Below are positions 23,879 through 36,700 of a stretch of DNA of 64,000 bases, piece after piece; position 1 is the first letter of the stretch, and each line of letters opens with the position of its first letter. The position numbers and the translations under genes were made by a program. The notes beneath the pieces are model-generated. The model worked only from the letters and a program-made list of their open reading frames with translations, had not been told where the DNA came from and ran no database searches. Location of the stretch: contig NMRA01000119.1 in the NCBI GenBank assembly GCA_002633005.1, positions 310,001 through 374,000 on the forward strand, given 5' to 3'. The DNA is from Phoronis australis (lineage: Eukaryota > Animalia > Phoronida).

Positions 23879-25767
23879 CTACAATAAATTTCTTCTTTGG
23901 TTAACATGTTACCAATAGCAACAACATAAAATGACACCTTCTCACAATGGGAGCCAAGGAAAATTTACCGACACTGTTTCAAAACATTTGAGATTTTGAT
24001 TAAATACAAAACATGCTTTCATTTGTAAAATAAGAATGCAAATATGTTAAGATTATCAATATGATCCAGAAGAGTCANGTGTTCCAGTCCTATTTCAAAA
24101 CAAATGGAAATGTCGAGCCCAGATTCTAGTATTACACTGTATTTTACACTGAAGGCCACGTTGCAGAATGTAACTTAAGCTTTATTTAAATGAAGCAAAA
24201 TGAAGGTCTAAAATGGTAACTAGGTATGTAAATAGTTCACTGTGTACTAAGATCTTTATTCCAATTATTGCAGTAATTGCTTTTAAGAACAGTTGGGGGG
24301 ATGATAACCGACACGTTTCTTGGAAATAGTGGAAAATATTTTGAGAATTACCATATATGAACATATTTAGGCCAATGCACTTATTTAATCCAAATTCATG
24401 CATTTTTAAAAATCAAAATATTTTTGCTCAAAAGTTTGGGCATGTGCCTTATACATATGCATGTTACAAATTGTGCTTTGTGCAACTTTCGCCAATTTTT
24501 AGAACCCTACAAAAATATCCCAGTTGCCCAACTTTGAAACATTATTGGTGAAGGAACCATTCTCTTCCCACTCCTTGAATAGACAGTTAAAATCCATAGT
24601 CTAGTCATACGGATGCGCTAGTGCTAGGGGTATTTATATGGCACTCAGAATCTATCCATTCAATCCAATGTCAAATGATTAGAAATTTTATGGTATGTTT
24701 ATAGACAACACTCATCTCAGATAAGTGTTATAAACAATACTTTAGATGATGTAAACTATATTTGGGTTATTGGGTTACATGACGAGCAACTTACCTAAAA
24801 TATATATTAAACATATACTTATTATATATATTGTACGTATGTTTATATTTGTTTTGTTGTTTCTGTTCGGCTGTGTATTTATTCACCAAATGTAGTCTCT
24901 TGTTAACTTAAATTTCCCACATTTATTATTTGACAACAAAATCTATATGCAAAGTTTTTTTACGTGGATGTACCGATTCGCCTTCCAGACATAGGAGTTT
25001 TGTAAAAAAGTTCAAGGTATAAAATGAAAATTGGTTGACGAGTCAGTATAGAAATGACAGGGAACAAACCGACACTTCAAATAACGACGGACAGGGAAAG
25101 TAGTCAAGCCAAATACATTTATGATTTAATACGACAAAGCAACAACACGAAGACAGTCCAAATGAAGTAGAGCTTACCTCAAGATACCCCCTCCACCGTT
25201 CTTAACGACGGAGAGAGCAAAAAGTGGGATCTTACTTTGGAACGCAGCGTTTAACAGGCGTGTCATTATGTACTCTATTCGCAGGTAAGTAAATGTACCC
25301 ACAGTACAGACATCTGATTTTGATACTTTATACAAAAATTATAGAAAACTCAACTTTGGATTTTCCCAAAGCTTATAATTTCCCAAGTTTGTCGTCACTA
25401 AATCCCCGTTTTGGAACTGAATATCGAAATGGAAATCAATATGGTGGACAAATGTCAAATGGAAGTTCTCATGGTGAGGTGCTGTTTTGGCGCAGAAATT
25501 AGAATCATATTGTACATTTATCTCCGTAGTAACAGCATGTACAGAGTACAGATAAGTAGTAATCAAGCAAGAATTGCAAACAGTCACATGTACAACATCC
25601 TGAATGGAACAACAGATGTGTGTGTGTTCCCCGGCCATTCCTGTCAGCTAACGATGCCATGCAGAGTTAGCGGTGTAGAGAGGTGAGAACACTACAAATG
25701 GCAGTAGGTGAAACACAACAGGACAGCGCACGCGAAAACAGGCCAGACATGTTATGAAACAACCTAC

Positions 25768-25819
25768 CCGCATGTCATCCAGCAGTTCATTGGAGGCAGA
25801 CAGTCCAGCAAAGAATGGC
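25768..25819 (-). CDS. PACS2: PACS small exon
   Basis: Encodes (R)PFFAGLSASNELLDDMR, completing the conserved STPKP.LRP(F/Y)F motif. tttctccag| acceptor, gtaggt donor, phase 2 to 0. Confidence 0.9.
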
Positions 25820-26884
25820 CTGGAGAAAGAATCGATAAATAAACTGGTGGGAACGATATAAGCAACACGTGAGGCACTGCATGGTTGATGTCATTTTGCG
25901 CCAAGCAATTATTGGCTATCACCGAGGTCAATGTGCTGGTTTTCAGACCCCAATAATGTGATAATGATTGAAAACCAATGCACTGACCTCGATGAAGGTT
26001 GATACTTTCACAAAATTGAATAACTTGTGGCGCCTTGAAACCAATATCATCAGTATACCACTTCTTTGACAAGATATGTGTTACAACATTGCAAGTAGTG
26101 TGCTACCCTAGTGATTAATGTGAAAATGCATGACTGAACCAGATTTTTTTTCATAACCTGAATGACATGAACAAATATTAATACTCATAAAACAATGAAA
26201 AAGAAAGCAACAAATCTGTACTATTACCTATAAGTACGATCACAATAAATACACGAAATTTCAAAGCAACAGACCTATTTTGAAAGTGGTGTATTTTATG
26301 GAGAGAACATCTAGTAAGTGATCAATACACAAGGCAGAAATCATGAAAAGTGGCTACAAACTCGTGTTCCATCAAGAGAGTATGGTAAGAAGTGAACAAA
26401 ACCCAATGGTGTTAGATTATCAGTCATACACCCATTACAGTTTTGCAAATTTCCTACGAATACGCATGTTTCAGGTATGGCACACACGTCTGCTCGATGC
26501 ATGAAATATAAATCGATATTCTGGTAAAGCTCAGTGTTATTTTCTCCAGGTATTGCAGAGCTGCCAGGACAAATTCCCTTGAAAATGTTATTGTCATCTT
26601 TTAAGTGTTCTTAGAAAACCATTCCATGCGTCTGTGTGAGATTTAAGGTGTCTCACTCACGGTCCAGGGCCCCGCAGTTTGAATTGTTGTCCAGGAACAG
26701 ACAGAGGGCAAAGCAATTTTCATGTGAACGTATAATAGTAACCACTTCCCAGAAGAAAGAGGCAGACAACTCCACAACTTCAAGAGAAAATAGCAATAGC
26801 TTTTCCAGAGTATTTAATTGACGATTTGCACAAGAAAAACCAATGACGTTCACTTAAACAAGGCGTCACCCTAACTATGAATAC

Positions 26885-27042
26885 CTTAGACTAGGTTTGG
26901 GTGTGGACATGATGCTTAACGTATCCATGTCCATCTCGTGTCCGCTGTCACTCAAGTCTTCCAATTCGTCCATCAACATGTCTAGTTCACGCTGACTTTG
27001 GACTTGTGAGTCATCGTCATCATCAGGCTCCACATCGAGTGC
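26885..27042 (-). CDS. PACS2: PACS exon (middle region)
   Basis: Encodes ALDVEPDDDDDSQ...DELEDLSDSGHEMDMDTLSIMSTPKPSL(R), with the conserved SDSG and STPKP motifs. Phase 0 to 2. Confidence 0.94.
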
Positions 27043-28846
27043 CTGTCACAACGAAATGATGAGGTCATGTCTTCATTGTGAAACTGGGCTACAAGGAACA
27101 CTCGACACTGTGGATACGGTAACTCTCAACCTATTTGGCACAGTCACCTGATTTCGCACACCCAAAATTATATTGAAAAATATTTGTCCCGCGCTTATTT
27201 CATACGAGGCTACTTGGTGAGAACTTCTTGCCTCGCCTAGTTCGCAAAGTCAGTTTTGAACTTCGGAAAATATCAATGCAAACCCCAGTAGCACACACAA
27301 CTCTTGAACTGTGCTAATAAGGACTGAACATTGCATATTCACCATTTAATTCATCCATTTGAATATGAGATATCTCATGCTGTTGGAAATGAGGTGAAAG
27401 GTTTACCTGTATGAGTGTGGTGCCACTCAGAGTCATATCTTCAAAAGAGTGTTTTACCAACGATGGGGATAAAATACTCTTACATTTTGATCAGGATAAA
27501 GTAATGTAAATACCTTTCACTGGATTACTCTGACAACCGGTAGGCTATATTTCATTAAACTCACACACGCGCAGTTGGTGATAATTGGTTAAATTTGGCA
27601 CTCATCAACAATAAAGTCGGCGTATTCACTCAATTTGGCACACCCTGACTAACAGGAGAACATACTTAATTGATTTTGTGCGGAATAACTGGAGAGTTAT
27701 CTCCCTTACGACAGACAACTAAGTCTTACTTTAGAGCTTTTATTGTAGAACTGTCTCCTTGCTTCTCGATCACATTAAAGAGGACATCTAGGCTTGGAAA
27801 GAACTGACAGTTGATTATTGCTCGAGCCAAGGTTAAGTTACCATTGTTATGGGGTGACACCTATGGGCCAGATCTGGAGTTAATGAACTTAAGAATGGAC
27901 ATGTTTGTCGTTTCTCTCTGAGCCTTTTGATTATCAGCAACCGTTTTGTAACACGGTGTCAGGAGTGGCAGGTGACAGAGGATGGAATAGTGTCGCGAGT
28001 CGTTGAATGCGAGTGTTTTCTGTTGTTCACGGATTATAACCTGGCTGGTTATTTTATGAGTTCAGAATGGATTCAAGCGAAAACGAATGTTCAATTCTTC
28101 TAGACTCCATAAACCACTTTTCATCAGAAAAAAGAAAATGCTGAGACACATTTTTAATTACTACAAGTGGTCTAAATACCAATTCCTTTTAGTGATGGAT
28201 ATTAGTTTCATAACAGTTTCAAAGAAACTGAGGGAAGATGGGGGAAGTAAGGATAGAGCGAGAGTAAGTGAGAGAAGGGGTATTAAGAAGCACGGGGGGG
28301 GGGGAAGGTGGTTTTGAAGCATGGCGACAGGGAGATGGGAAAGGGCATCAGGGGCACGATTTAACTTGCTAATGGAACAGAGAAAAGAAGGGATTCAGAA
28401 CAGAAGATTTAAGGATTTAGCCAGGACATATGAAATAGTGGAGTTTTCAGGATGTAATTTTGTTTCCCAGGGATTATCCTTTGCCACCCAGACCGAAAAA
28501 GTTCTGATCTGTGTTGCTTGAGACCTGACGCGGTATTTCTGTCATACATTTGTTTTAAGTCAGCTGACATGAGCTGAAGTGGGGGGATTTTTTCACAGCT
28601 TCACAGGTCTACTGATGCATTGGTCATTCAAATACAGTTGGGCACAGATTACGCTATTTTTAAGACATAATTTTTTCTGCCGACTGTAGTCAAGCAACAG
28701 ATAGCATCAACTCGCCACAATATAACTACTAAAATGCTCGCTTTTCACGTTCATCTAAACAAATTTTCCACGCATAACTTTATTTCCCAGGTAGTGCACT
28801 GGTGAACTATTTCAAAGACATTTAATGATTACAGTAGAACGTTTAC

Positions 28847-28903
28847 CTCCCCTGGCATCCTGAATCTCCGTAGTATGGCCATTAGTTTCTGTTTGATGTT
28901 TCG
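28847..28903 (-). CDS. PACS2: PACS 57-nt exon, copy A (inside tandem duplication)
   Basis: Same peptide RNIKQKLMAILRRFRMPGE, with two synonymous differences from copy B. gcag| acceptor and gtaaac donor are intact. Confidence 0.88.
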
Positions 28904-30045
28904 CTGCAAGTAAGAAATTATACTCATTATACAATTTTGCTTACAGAATGAAGCAAGAGATACATTAAAAGGAACAATAACCAGTGTCCGTCTTACACTT
29001 CCGAACACTGGGTCCAGTGGACCCACTCAACTTCCAAAATTTTTGGGGGACCAGTTTAATCTCTTGAGATTTCTTTGTAACAGTCAAGAAACCACTGAAC
29101 GAAACACAACGCATAATACAGGGCTTAGAATGACCAATGACAAAAAAGATGACAATTTTCCAGGTGATGTATCATTCCACAAATAGGCTTGTGTGATACA
29201 TATTTCTGTGTTGTGAAATTTAACAAAATAAATGTTTTTGCATGAATAAATTCAAAATAATGATAAAAACATATAAAAAAGCAGAAACTTAAAGGAAACC
29301 AAAATCAAAAAAGCGGAAATCCTCTAAAAGAGAAAGATGCCAAGCTCAGATAATAGAAAATCTGGTGGTATGGTAATTCTCCACTAACTCAGAACATTCA
29401 CCTCATTTCGCAAACTCAAATTTATTTGTAAACATCCTGTTTTGTCCCTTGGTGGGAATGTCTCGCCTCAACTAATTCCCACACAGTCAGTTTCGCACTT
29501 GGGAAAATATCAACGTGCAAAGCCCTGTCATTAATTCTAATAATACACATCTCTTTAGCTAGGTTAATAAGATCTTAACATCGTAAATGTATACACCACT
29601 TAATTCATGNATATGAAATAGTGGAGTTTTCAGGATGTAATTTTGTTTCCCAGGGATTATCCTTTGCCACCCAGACCAAAAAAGTTCTGATCTGTGTTTC
29701 TTGAGATCTGACGGGGTATTTCTGCTGTACATTTTTTTCAAGTCAGCTGACATGAGCTGAAGTGGGGGGATTTTTTCACAGCTTCACAGCTTCAGTGGTT
29801 TACTGATGCCATTGAATATACATTGGTCATTCAAATACAGCTGGGCACAGATTATGCCATTTTTAAGACATAATTTTTGCTACCGACTGTGGTCTAGCAT
29901 CAGATAGCATCAACTCGCCACAATATAACTAGTAAAATGCTCGCTTTTCACGTTCATCTAAACAAACGCATACTTTTGTTATTTCCCAGGTAGTGCACTG
30001 GTGAACTATTTCAAAGACATTAAATGATTACAGTAGAACATTTAC

Positions 30046-30102
30046 CTCCCCTGGCATTCTGAATCTCCGTAGTATGGCCATTAATTTCTGTTTGATGTTT
30101 CG
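30046..30102 (-). CDS. PACS2: PACS 57-nt exon, copy B (inside tandem duplication)
   Basis: Encodes RNIKQKLMAILRRFRMPGE, comparable to PACS [20 protein letters not shown]. gcag| acceptor and gtaaat donor are intact. Confidence 0.88.
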
Positions 30103-32972
30103 CTGCAAATAAGAAATTATACTCATTATACAATTTTGCTTACACAATGAAGCAAGAGATAAATTAAAAGAAACAATAACCAGCGTTCGTCTTACATTTC
30201 CGAACACTGGAGTCCAGTGGACCCACCCAACTTCCAAAATTTTTGGGGGACCAGTTTAATCTCTTGGGATTTCTTTACAACAGTCAGGAAACCACTGAAC
30301 GAAGCACAACGCATAATACAGGGCTTAAAATGACTAATGACAAAAAAGAAGACAATTTTCCAGGTGATGTATCATTCCACAAATAGGCTTGTGTGATAGA
30401 TATTTCTGTGTTGTGAAATTTAACAAAATAAACATTTTTGCACAAATAAAAGTCAAAATAATGATAAAAACAGATGAAAAAAGCAGGAAACCGAAATCAA
30501 AAAAGCGGAAATCCTCTTAAAAGAGAAAGATGCCAAGCTCAGATAATACAAATTTGAGGCAAATCTGGTGGTATGGTAATTCTCCACTAACTCAGAACAT
30601 TCACCTCATTTCGCAAACTCAAATTTATTTGTAAACATCCTGTTTTGTCCCTTGGTGGGAATGTCTCGCCTCAACTAATTCCCACACAGTCAGTTTCGCA
30701 CTTGGGAAAATATCAACGTGCAAAGCCCTGTCATTAATTCTAATAATACACATCTCTTTAGCTAGGTTAATAAGATCTTAACATCGTAAATGTATACACC
30801 ACTTAATTCATGCATTTATGTAGGATATCTCATTGTAGTAAATATTAAATATGATGCGTATAGGGGTGACCTGGAAGAGTGTCGTGTTAATAAGAGTCAT
30901 ACGTGCAAATAAAGGTTTCTCCAATTATGGGGTAAAGTACTCTTATAATGGAACAGCATAAAGCAACCAAATTACTGTTAATTGGATCATGTTGGCAACC
31001 CGTAGTTTGTATTTCATTGGCAGTGCTTTGATACAGAGTTAACTTTGCACACCCATCAACTATCAAGTCTATACATTCAGTTTATTTGGCATACCTTGAC
31101 TATCAGGAAACTATACTTAATTTATTTTGTGAGAAATAAAGTGGAAGATTGCCGTACTTCTGACAAATGTAAAATACAGGAAGATAACCACAAAATGAAA
31201 CTAATGATTTGTGTTGTGTGTTGCCTATCAAGTATTATTTTAGATAGATGTCCCCATTGTGTGGCCACCGTGTGTCGCTGTGTTGTGTGTTTTCTAGAAT
31301 ATTCTGTTCTTTGACACTCCAGATTAGTGCGTCTTCAATAGCTCCCCATCCATTCCAGTTATGTCTTTAGTTTTATTTCTCAAAATTGCAAGCAAGGTAC
31401 ACTCACAAGTACACTAACAAGTACACTAACAAGTACACCCAATATGCGTCTCATTTTAGCACAATTGCGTCAAATGATGCAAAACACAGCAAGGAAGAAG
31501 ACGTACTGGATAATTACGATTCCCTTCAGACACAGTGTAATGAATTATGAAGTACTAAGTGAATCATCTTTTTTGTACTTGAAAGTGCCAACAAATACAC
31601 AAACCTTTCTGGTCTATTAATTTATCTGATCAACTCCCAGCCATGGCAAAGTATTTTAGTTTCCATGGTTACCGTATCAAACCTACACGCCACATGGCAT
31701 ACAATACACCTGACATTTCAGTAATTTCCCAGGTGTAATCAGTTGTGTAATGACATTTTTCTAGGTATTTAATCAATGAGAGATCCTTTGCTTTTGTTTA
31801 AACTAATGCTGGAAACGTGGGAATACGTTGCACAATAGTAAGTACTGTACAGGGGAATCGCCACTGAAATTATTGAGAGAAGACTGATGACAAAAATGCA
31901 ACCACAGCTTGACCACCATATCTACTGAGTGTTTACTCAAGGCTGCAAAAGAAGACACATGTTGAATTTTTGGTGCATCACGAAGGATGCATTCTTAATG
32001 GGACATCATCAGTTTTATGTCTGAAAAATGCAGTTTTGGTACTATTGTTGGATGGGATAAATTCATTCAAGTTACTGATTTTGCTCAGAGCTACAGAACA
32101 ACTCTGCTACTTAACGTGTGGGATTTGACTCAGCGGCAGAGTGTTTGGCTGTAGTCCTATTAAGATTGATTCTACGCTACTGTTCTTTCCTGTAAAATTA
32201 CTTATCTAGATGAGAATACCCCATTAATAAGTTGTAAGAAATAAAACAGACAGAAAATCACTTGCTGATCACTTTTTAGATTTTCTTTTCATATTTTCAG
32301 TCCAAGGTACCACGTGATTCCCAGTTGAGTAAACATTGACTACACTTGATTGACTTTGTTGGTTCCGCCAGGTCAAACGACCAAGACATCTGGTTGGTCT
32401 GTAAGGCCAAAGTCGTCATCGAAAACAAATCAAATGTCTTAGCCGGTTGGCCTAGCGAAACCAGAGCAGCCAATCGAATGTAAATGTCGTCCTACGCTGT
32501 AATGATTTCTGGACTGTTGGCATGAAAATGAACCGGACCCGAGTGCTTTGAAGTGTAAGTCAAACACTACCAACTACATTACTGGCTTCCAGACTTACAA
32601 TGGTGTCTTCAACTTGGAACGTTAAAACTGTCTGACACAAGAGAAGATATCCTGAAATCCAACCTCTGACTTCTGAGATAATTTCTGTGGAAATTTAGTA
32701 AGAACTCGAGACAAGGATCCATGAATGAAAGGCATTTCTCACGAGTTTACGTTGAACAACTATTGTTGTTTAGAGAAACTGGGCTTTCAAAAGACTGTCA
32801 GAAGTCATCAAAAAAGAAATGAGATCAAGTATGGGAATTACTTCTGTCAGAAACAAGAGAGATTTCATCACGAATAACAAAGCGCTATCCTTATAAAATA
32901 ATAAATAAACATTGGAATTATCAATGTAAAATTGCTAGTACATAATCGTCAATACAAAGACTGAGGAAATAC

Positions 32973-33130
32973 CCGTGAAGGAGATCTCATTTTTCGACGG
33001 GAGGGGTGTTTAGGCACAAGCACTCCTTCGTCCATCATGTGCTCAGCATCGCTGATGTCATCATTTGACAGGTCATCATTTGACAAGGCCATGTCATCGT
33101 CGTCTTCAGAATCGTTCTCAGCAAAACGGT
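32973..33130 (-). CDS. PACS2: PACS exon (acidic autoregulatory cluster)
   Basis: Encodes DRFAENDSEDDDDMALSNDDLSNDDISDAEH...RRKMRSPSR. atttcag| acceptor, gtattt donor, phase 1 to 0. Confidence 0.9.
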
Positions 33131-33550
33131 CTGAAATGAGAAACGCAACTGTCACCTTTTTTCAGCAGAAGATTTCTGAACGAGCGTAGGTAATGTACAT
33201 TTGAAAGCAGGTGACACCGCCCACGATGCACACAGCCTGGAAATTACTGTTATTATTCACTACGCCTTCAACAGAAGCTGGGGGAACTAATAACAGTAAT
33301 TTCATTTGAACTCAATAAACGTAGTCTCTAATACAAGCTGGCTGTTCAATACTAACTAGGGTTCGTGCATTTGTAACCGTGGAGCAGATGAAAGTTGCAG
33401 TTGATTTTTAGTACCGTTTGTCATCATAATTTTGGCCGGTGATAGATACTGGTTCTCCACCAAAGCCCAGTCTTTAATAGAGAATGGGTTTGCAGCACAT
33501 ATGACCGAAATAATCGTCGAGGTATCTGTCAGCAGTTTTACAGTACCAAC

Positions 33551-33704
33551 CTGATTCTGCAGACACCATCTTCTGACAGCCATTCTCGTCATGGTCGACA
33601 GGCTGGCTGGTGATAGACTGTAACGTGATGTGTGCGACCACACTAGACCCATCTTTTGTGTCACTGTACAGGTCAAGCTCCTTCTGAACAGACTTTTGTA
33701 GCAC
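33551..33704 (-). CDS. PACS2: PACS exon
   Basis: Encodes VLQKSVQKELDLYSDTKDGSSVVAHITLQSITSQPVDHDENG..., with the conserved SQP(I/V)D motif. Phase 0 to 1. Confidence 0.92.
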
Positions 33705-36700
33705 CTGATAACGAACAGATTTGCATTAAATTTTAAAATCAACTAAATTGTGCCAAAAAACTGACCCCCAAGTTCCAAGACATATATTTTACAAAAAAAA
33801 TTATCCAAATTTCTAGTACCTGTGGATCCGGTGTTTTGTCCAGGACAAAAAGGGACACACGTACTACGGACTGCAGGGTAAATGTGACCCAACAGGGGTT
33901 TTTGACCTCTTGGACCCCTCTAGATGTGCACCTATCTCTAGTTGAAATTTAGCAGTCCAAGTTAATCGGGATCAGAGGTGGCATTGTATTGATTACCAAG
34001 GCAAGGGTCCAATCTTTGTACTCGAAATCAAACTTATTTTTGACATTTTCTATCTATTTCTGCGCTCTAGTACACTGTAATCTTCATCGATGACCATCTT
34101 ATACCGGATTGCGTGTGATGACCTCAGCATAAATGCTGTAAGTTTGACTCTGAATTTATAATTTTGAATTCTTGTTTGAAATTCCGAGTTTTTAGACAAG
34201 ACTCTCACTACCATAAACCATAATGCACTCAAGTAGAAAAAAAAACGGACACTTATCTTGAGTTCGTACAAAAGTAGAACTGAAAATGTCAAAAACAATT
34301 TCAAGTTTGATTTTGAGTACAAAGACCCTGGTGCCAAGTGATGGAACGGTGTCAAAACTACTGCCTGGTGGTCTTGGAGTGGCTTTATGTCAGCAAACTT
34401 TAACCAAATTAACGCTGAAATCAAGATAAGCTTTCCCACCACTCATAGTTTCAAGAATGTGGTGTCTAGGCTTGAGAGTTATGCAAGCATTTCAAAGAGG
34501 GGCGCGTTGACACAAGTGGTACACCAACATTTATGTTGACCTCGTGTAAAACTTCGTTTCATCTCTGAACATTAATAAACACAGTAGTCGCAAGCTGAAT
34601 ATTTGGTTTGAGAGAATATCCCAGTGCGTATGAGAAGATCTCATACAACAAATAAATTTGAAAATTGAGGACAATGCGAAACGATCCCTGAAAGCAAACT
34701 TTGTCAAATTAACTGAAGTTTAGATACGTAATTAAGCTCTCCACAGCCTTCGATAAACACATGACACTATTGTGAACAAATTAAATGTAAAGGACCATAT
34801 GAAATTGACTCCAAGCAAATTCCAAACAACACAAACAAAGTATTGTTTCAACCACAACATCAAAAAGGTAAAGCAGTCGATAACATTCTACATTCCGAAT
34901 AAGGCTAGATTTGAGGAACTTGAAATTACATTGAGTGCTGATTTTGGTAAGTCAAATTGGTGAACTTTAAAGTAACATACAATAAGAATTAATCGGTTTA
35001 GTAAGCTGACAATAACATAAGACGTCCACTCTGACTACTTGTATATCCAACAAAAACATTGTATTTTATTTATCTCATTCCACACCTCAATGTTTTGTAA
35101 ATCAAAACAGTGTGTGAAACAGGATATCCAAAGGTGATATTCATATTACCTAAACATCACTCAGGACTTTCAATATTTTTAAAACGTTAGCATAACGATT
35201 ATGACACAACACTATATCAATAAACTGCAGATGAAATTCTAGTGTAAAGGTATATAAAAATAGAAAATGGATTAATCATGCCAGCTCAGCTTGCATATGA
35301 CCATTGACCCATGTGATTCAACTCATCACGGTGCTTGATTCAACAAGATAACGATCAATACAAATCTTTACTGGTTAGAACACTCATCCCCTGAAGCTGA
35401 ATTAGTTATCAAACCTGAGGTAATGCTTTACAGGATTCGACAGTTAGCATAACAGTAACTTGCCAAATATGACCAGCCAGAATTCCCAAGTCGCCGAATG
35501 AAACCGAGGTGGCCTAAACAAGGAAACCCACCAATGTGAGGGGGCGAAAGTTCTATCCCCAACAAACAATGCTTAGCTGGCAACAACCGAAAATGAAAAA
35601 AATATGAGATACCCGAACTGAAGAAGCAGAGAACTACGCGAATGCTTTGCAGAAGCATCTGAGTCGATTGGCCAATTAGAAGCACATCGCTTGCCTAGTA
35701 ACGTCCAGTTTTCCCCTACGACCCAATATCCCATGCAAGCTCCCCTCCTACCTCAAGGGCAACAGCAGACGGTCGGGACACGTTATCAGTGCATGACTCA
35801 TGCACAGCCACTTCTGTTTTTTCGTACACTTCTGACTCCTATCTGTTTATTTTCTGCAGTACGCGGGCTTGATGATTTCATGGCTATCTGGGGTTTTCAA
35901 CCGGTCGCCAAACAAAATCTGAGTTCGCACTGGCAACCACCAGGTCGCCAACCCGAACCCTACTTTAATAAAGAGAATTATTTATAGAAACAAATAATAT
36001 TCAGAATTCAGGGTTTGTAGAAGATTCTTGTAACACCAGTGCTCAAGGTAATTAGCAAACTGTTGTGCGCAAAGACTGGGACTGAAAAGTCGGGTGGCGT
36101 CTCGGTCAATGACCACAGATATCACAACGGAAAAATGGCAGAACACTGCTTAATTGAACAGGCTAAGGTTTTCGGAACTTGCAGACTGTAATGCTTTTAT
36201 TCAGAGGAATTGTTATTTTTACTAATTTCAATATAGGGCAATTGAATAAAAAGGTTCAAAATACCTTTAGTAGTAACCGAAATATTCTAAATTGACTAGA
36301 GACACCTTCAATACAGTTAATGTTCTGTCTTAGCTAACGCTATACTTAGTTAGAGCGCAATATTACCAGACAAATCTAAATCTTACATTGTTTACGTAAG
36401 TTTTTGTAGGTAAGTTTTATACAAAAATTTTCGTTACTTGAGCTGCATGGAAAAAACTTCACAGGCAAGAAAACAGGTTGAGTGACAGGCAACAAAAACA
36501 GAATCGACCACAGGAAAAAAATGGCTACAGTCAAGTTTGGGAATTTCCATGGTTTACCTGTGGCCTAAGATGAATGTGCACCGCATGCACCCTAAAGGCA
36601 TAAAGGGTAGAATGTAAAACATTGATCCAAGGTTCCCACACCTTAAAATTAGCATAAAACACCAAACATTTGCTCAGACTTGTAGTATAACTTCACTTAG

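Larger units (their letters stand above)
28428..30812. repeat. Tandem duplication of about 1.2 kb (28428-29609 and 29611-30812) joined by a single N
   Basis: The two copies align end to end. The first ~65 bp and last ~250 bp look identical; scattered SNPs and indels lie in the middle. Confidence 0.95.

Noticed and set aside
26653-26853. Minus-strand ORF with a GTGAGT donor inside a PACS intron
   Set aside because: No suitable nearby acceptor, and the flanking exons already join through the conserved STPKPSLRPFF motif.
32120-32170. tRNA A-box-like sequence (gggatttgactcagcggcagag)
   Set aside because: No B-box/T-arm or cloverleaf; at most a decayed SINE head.
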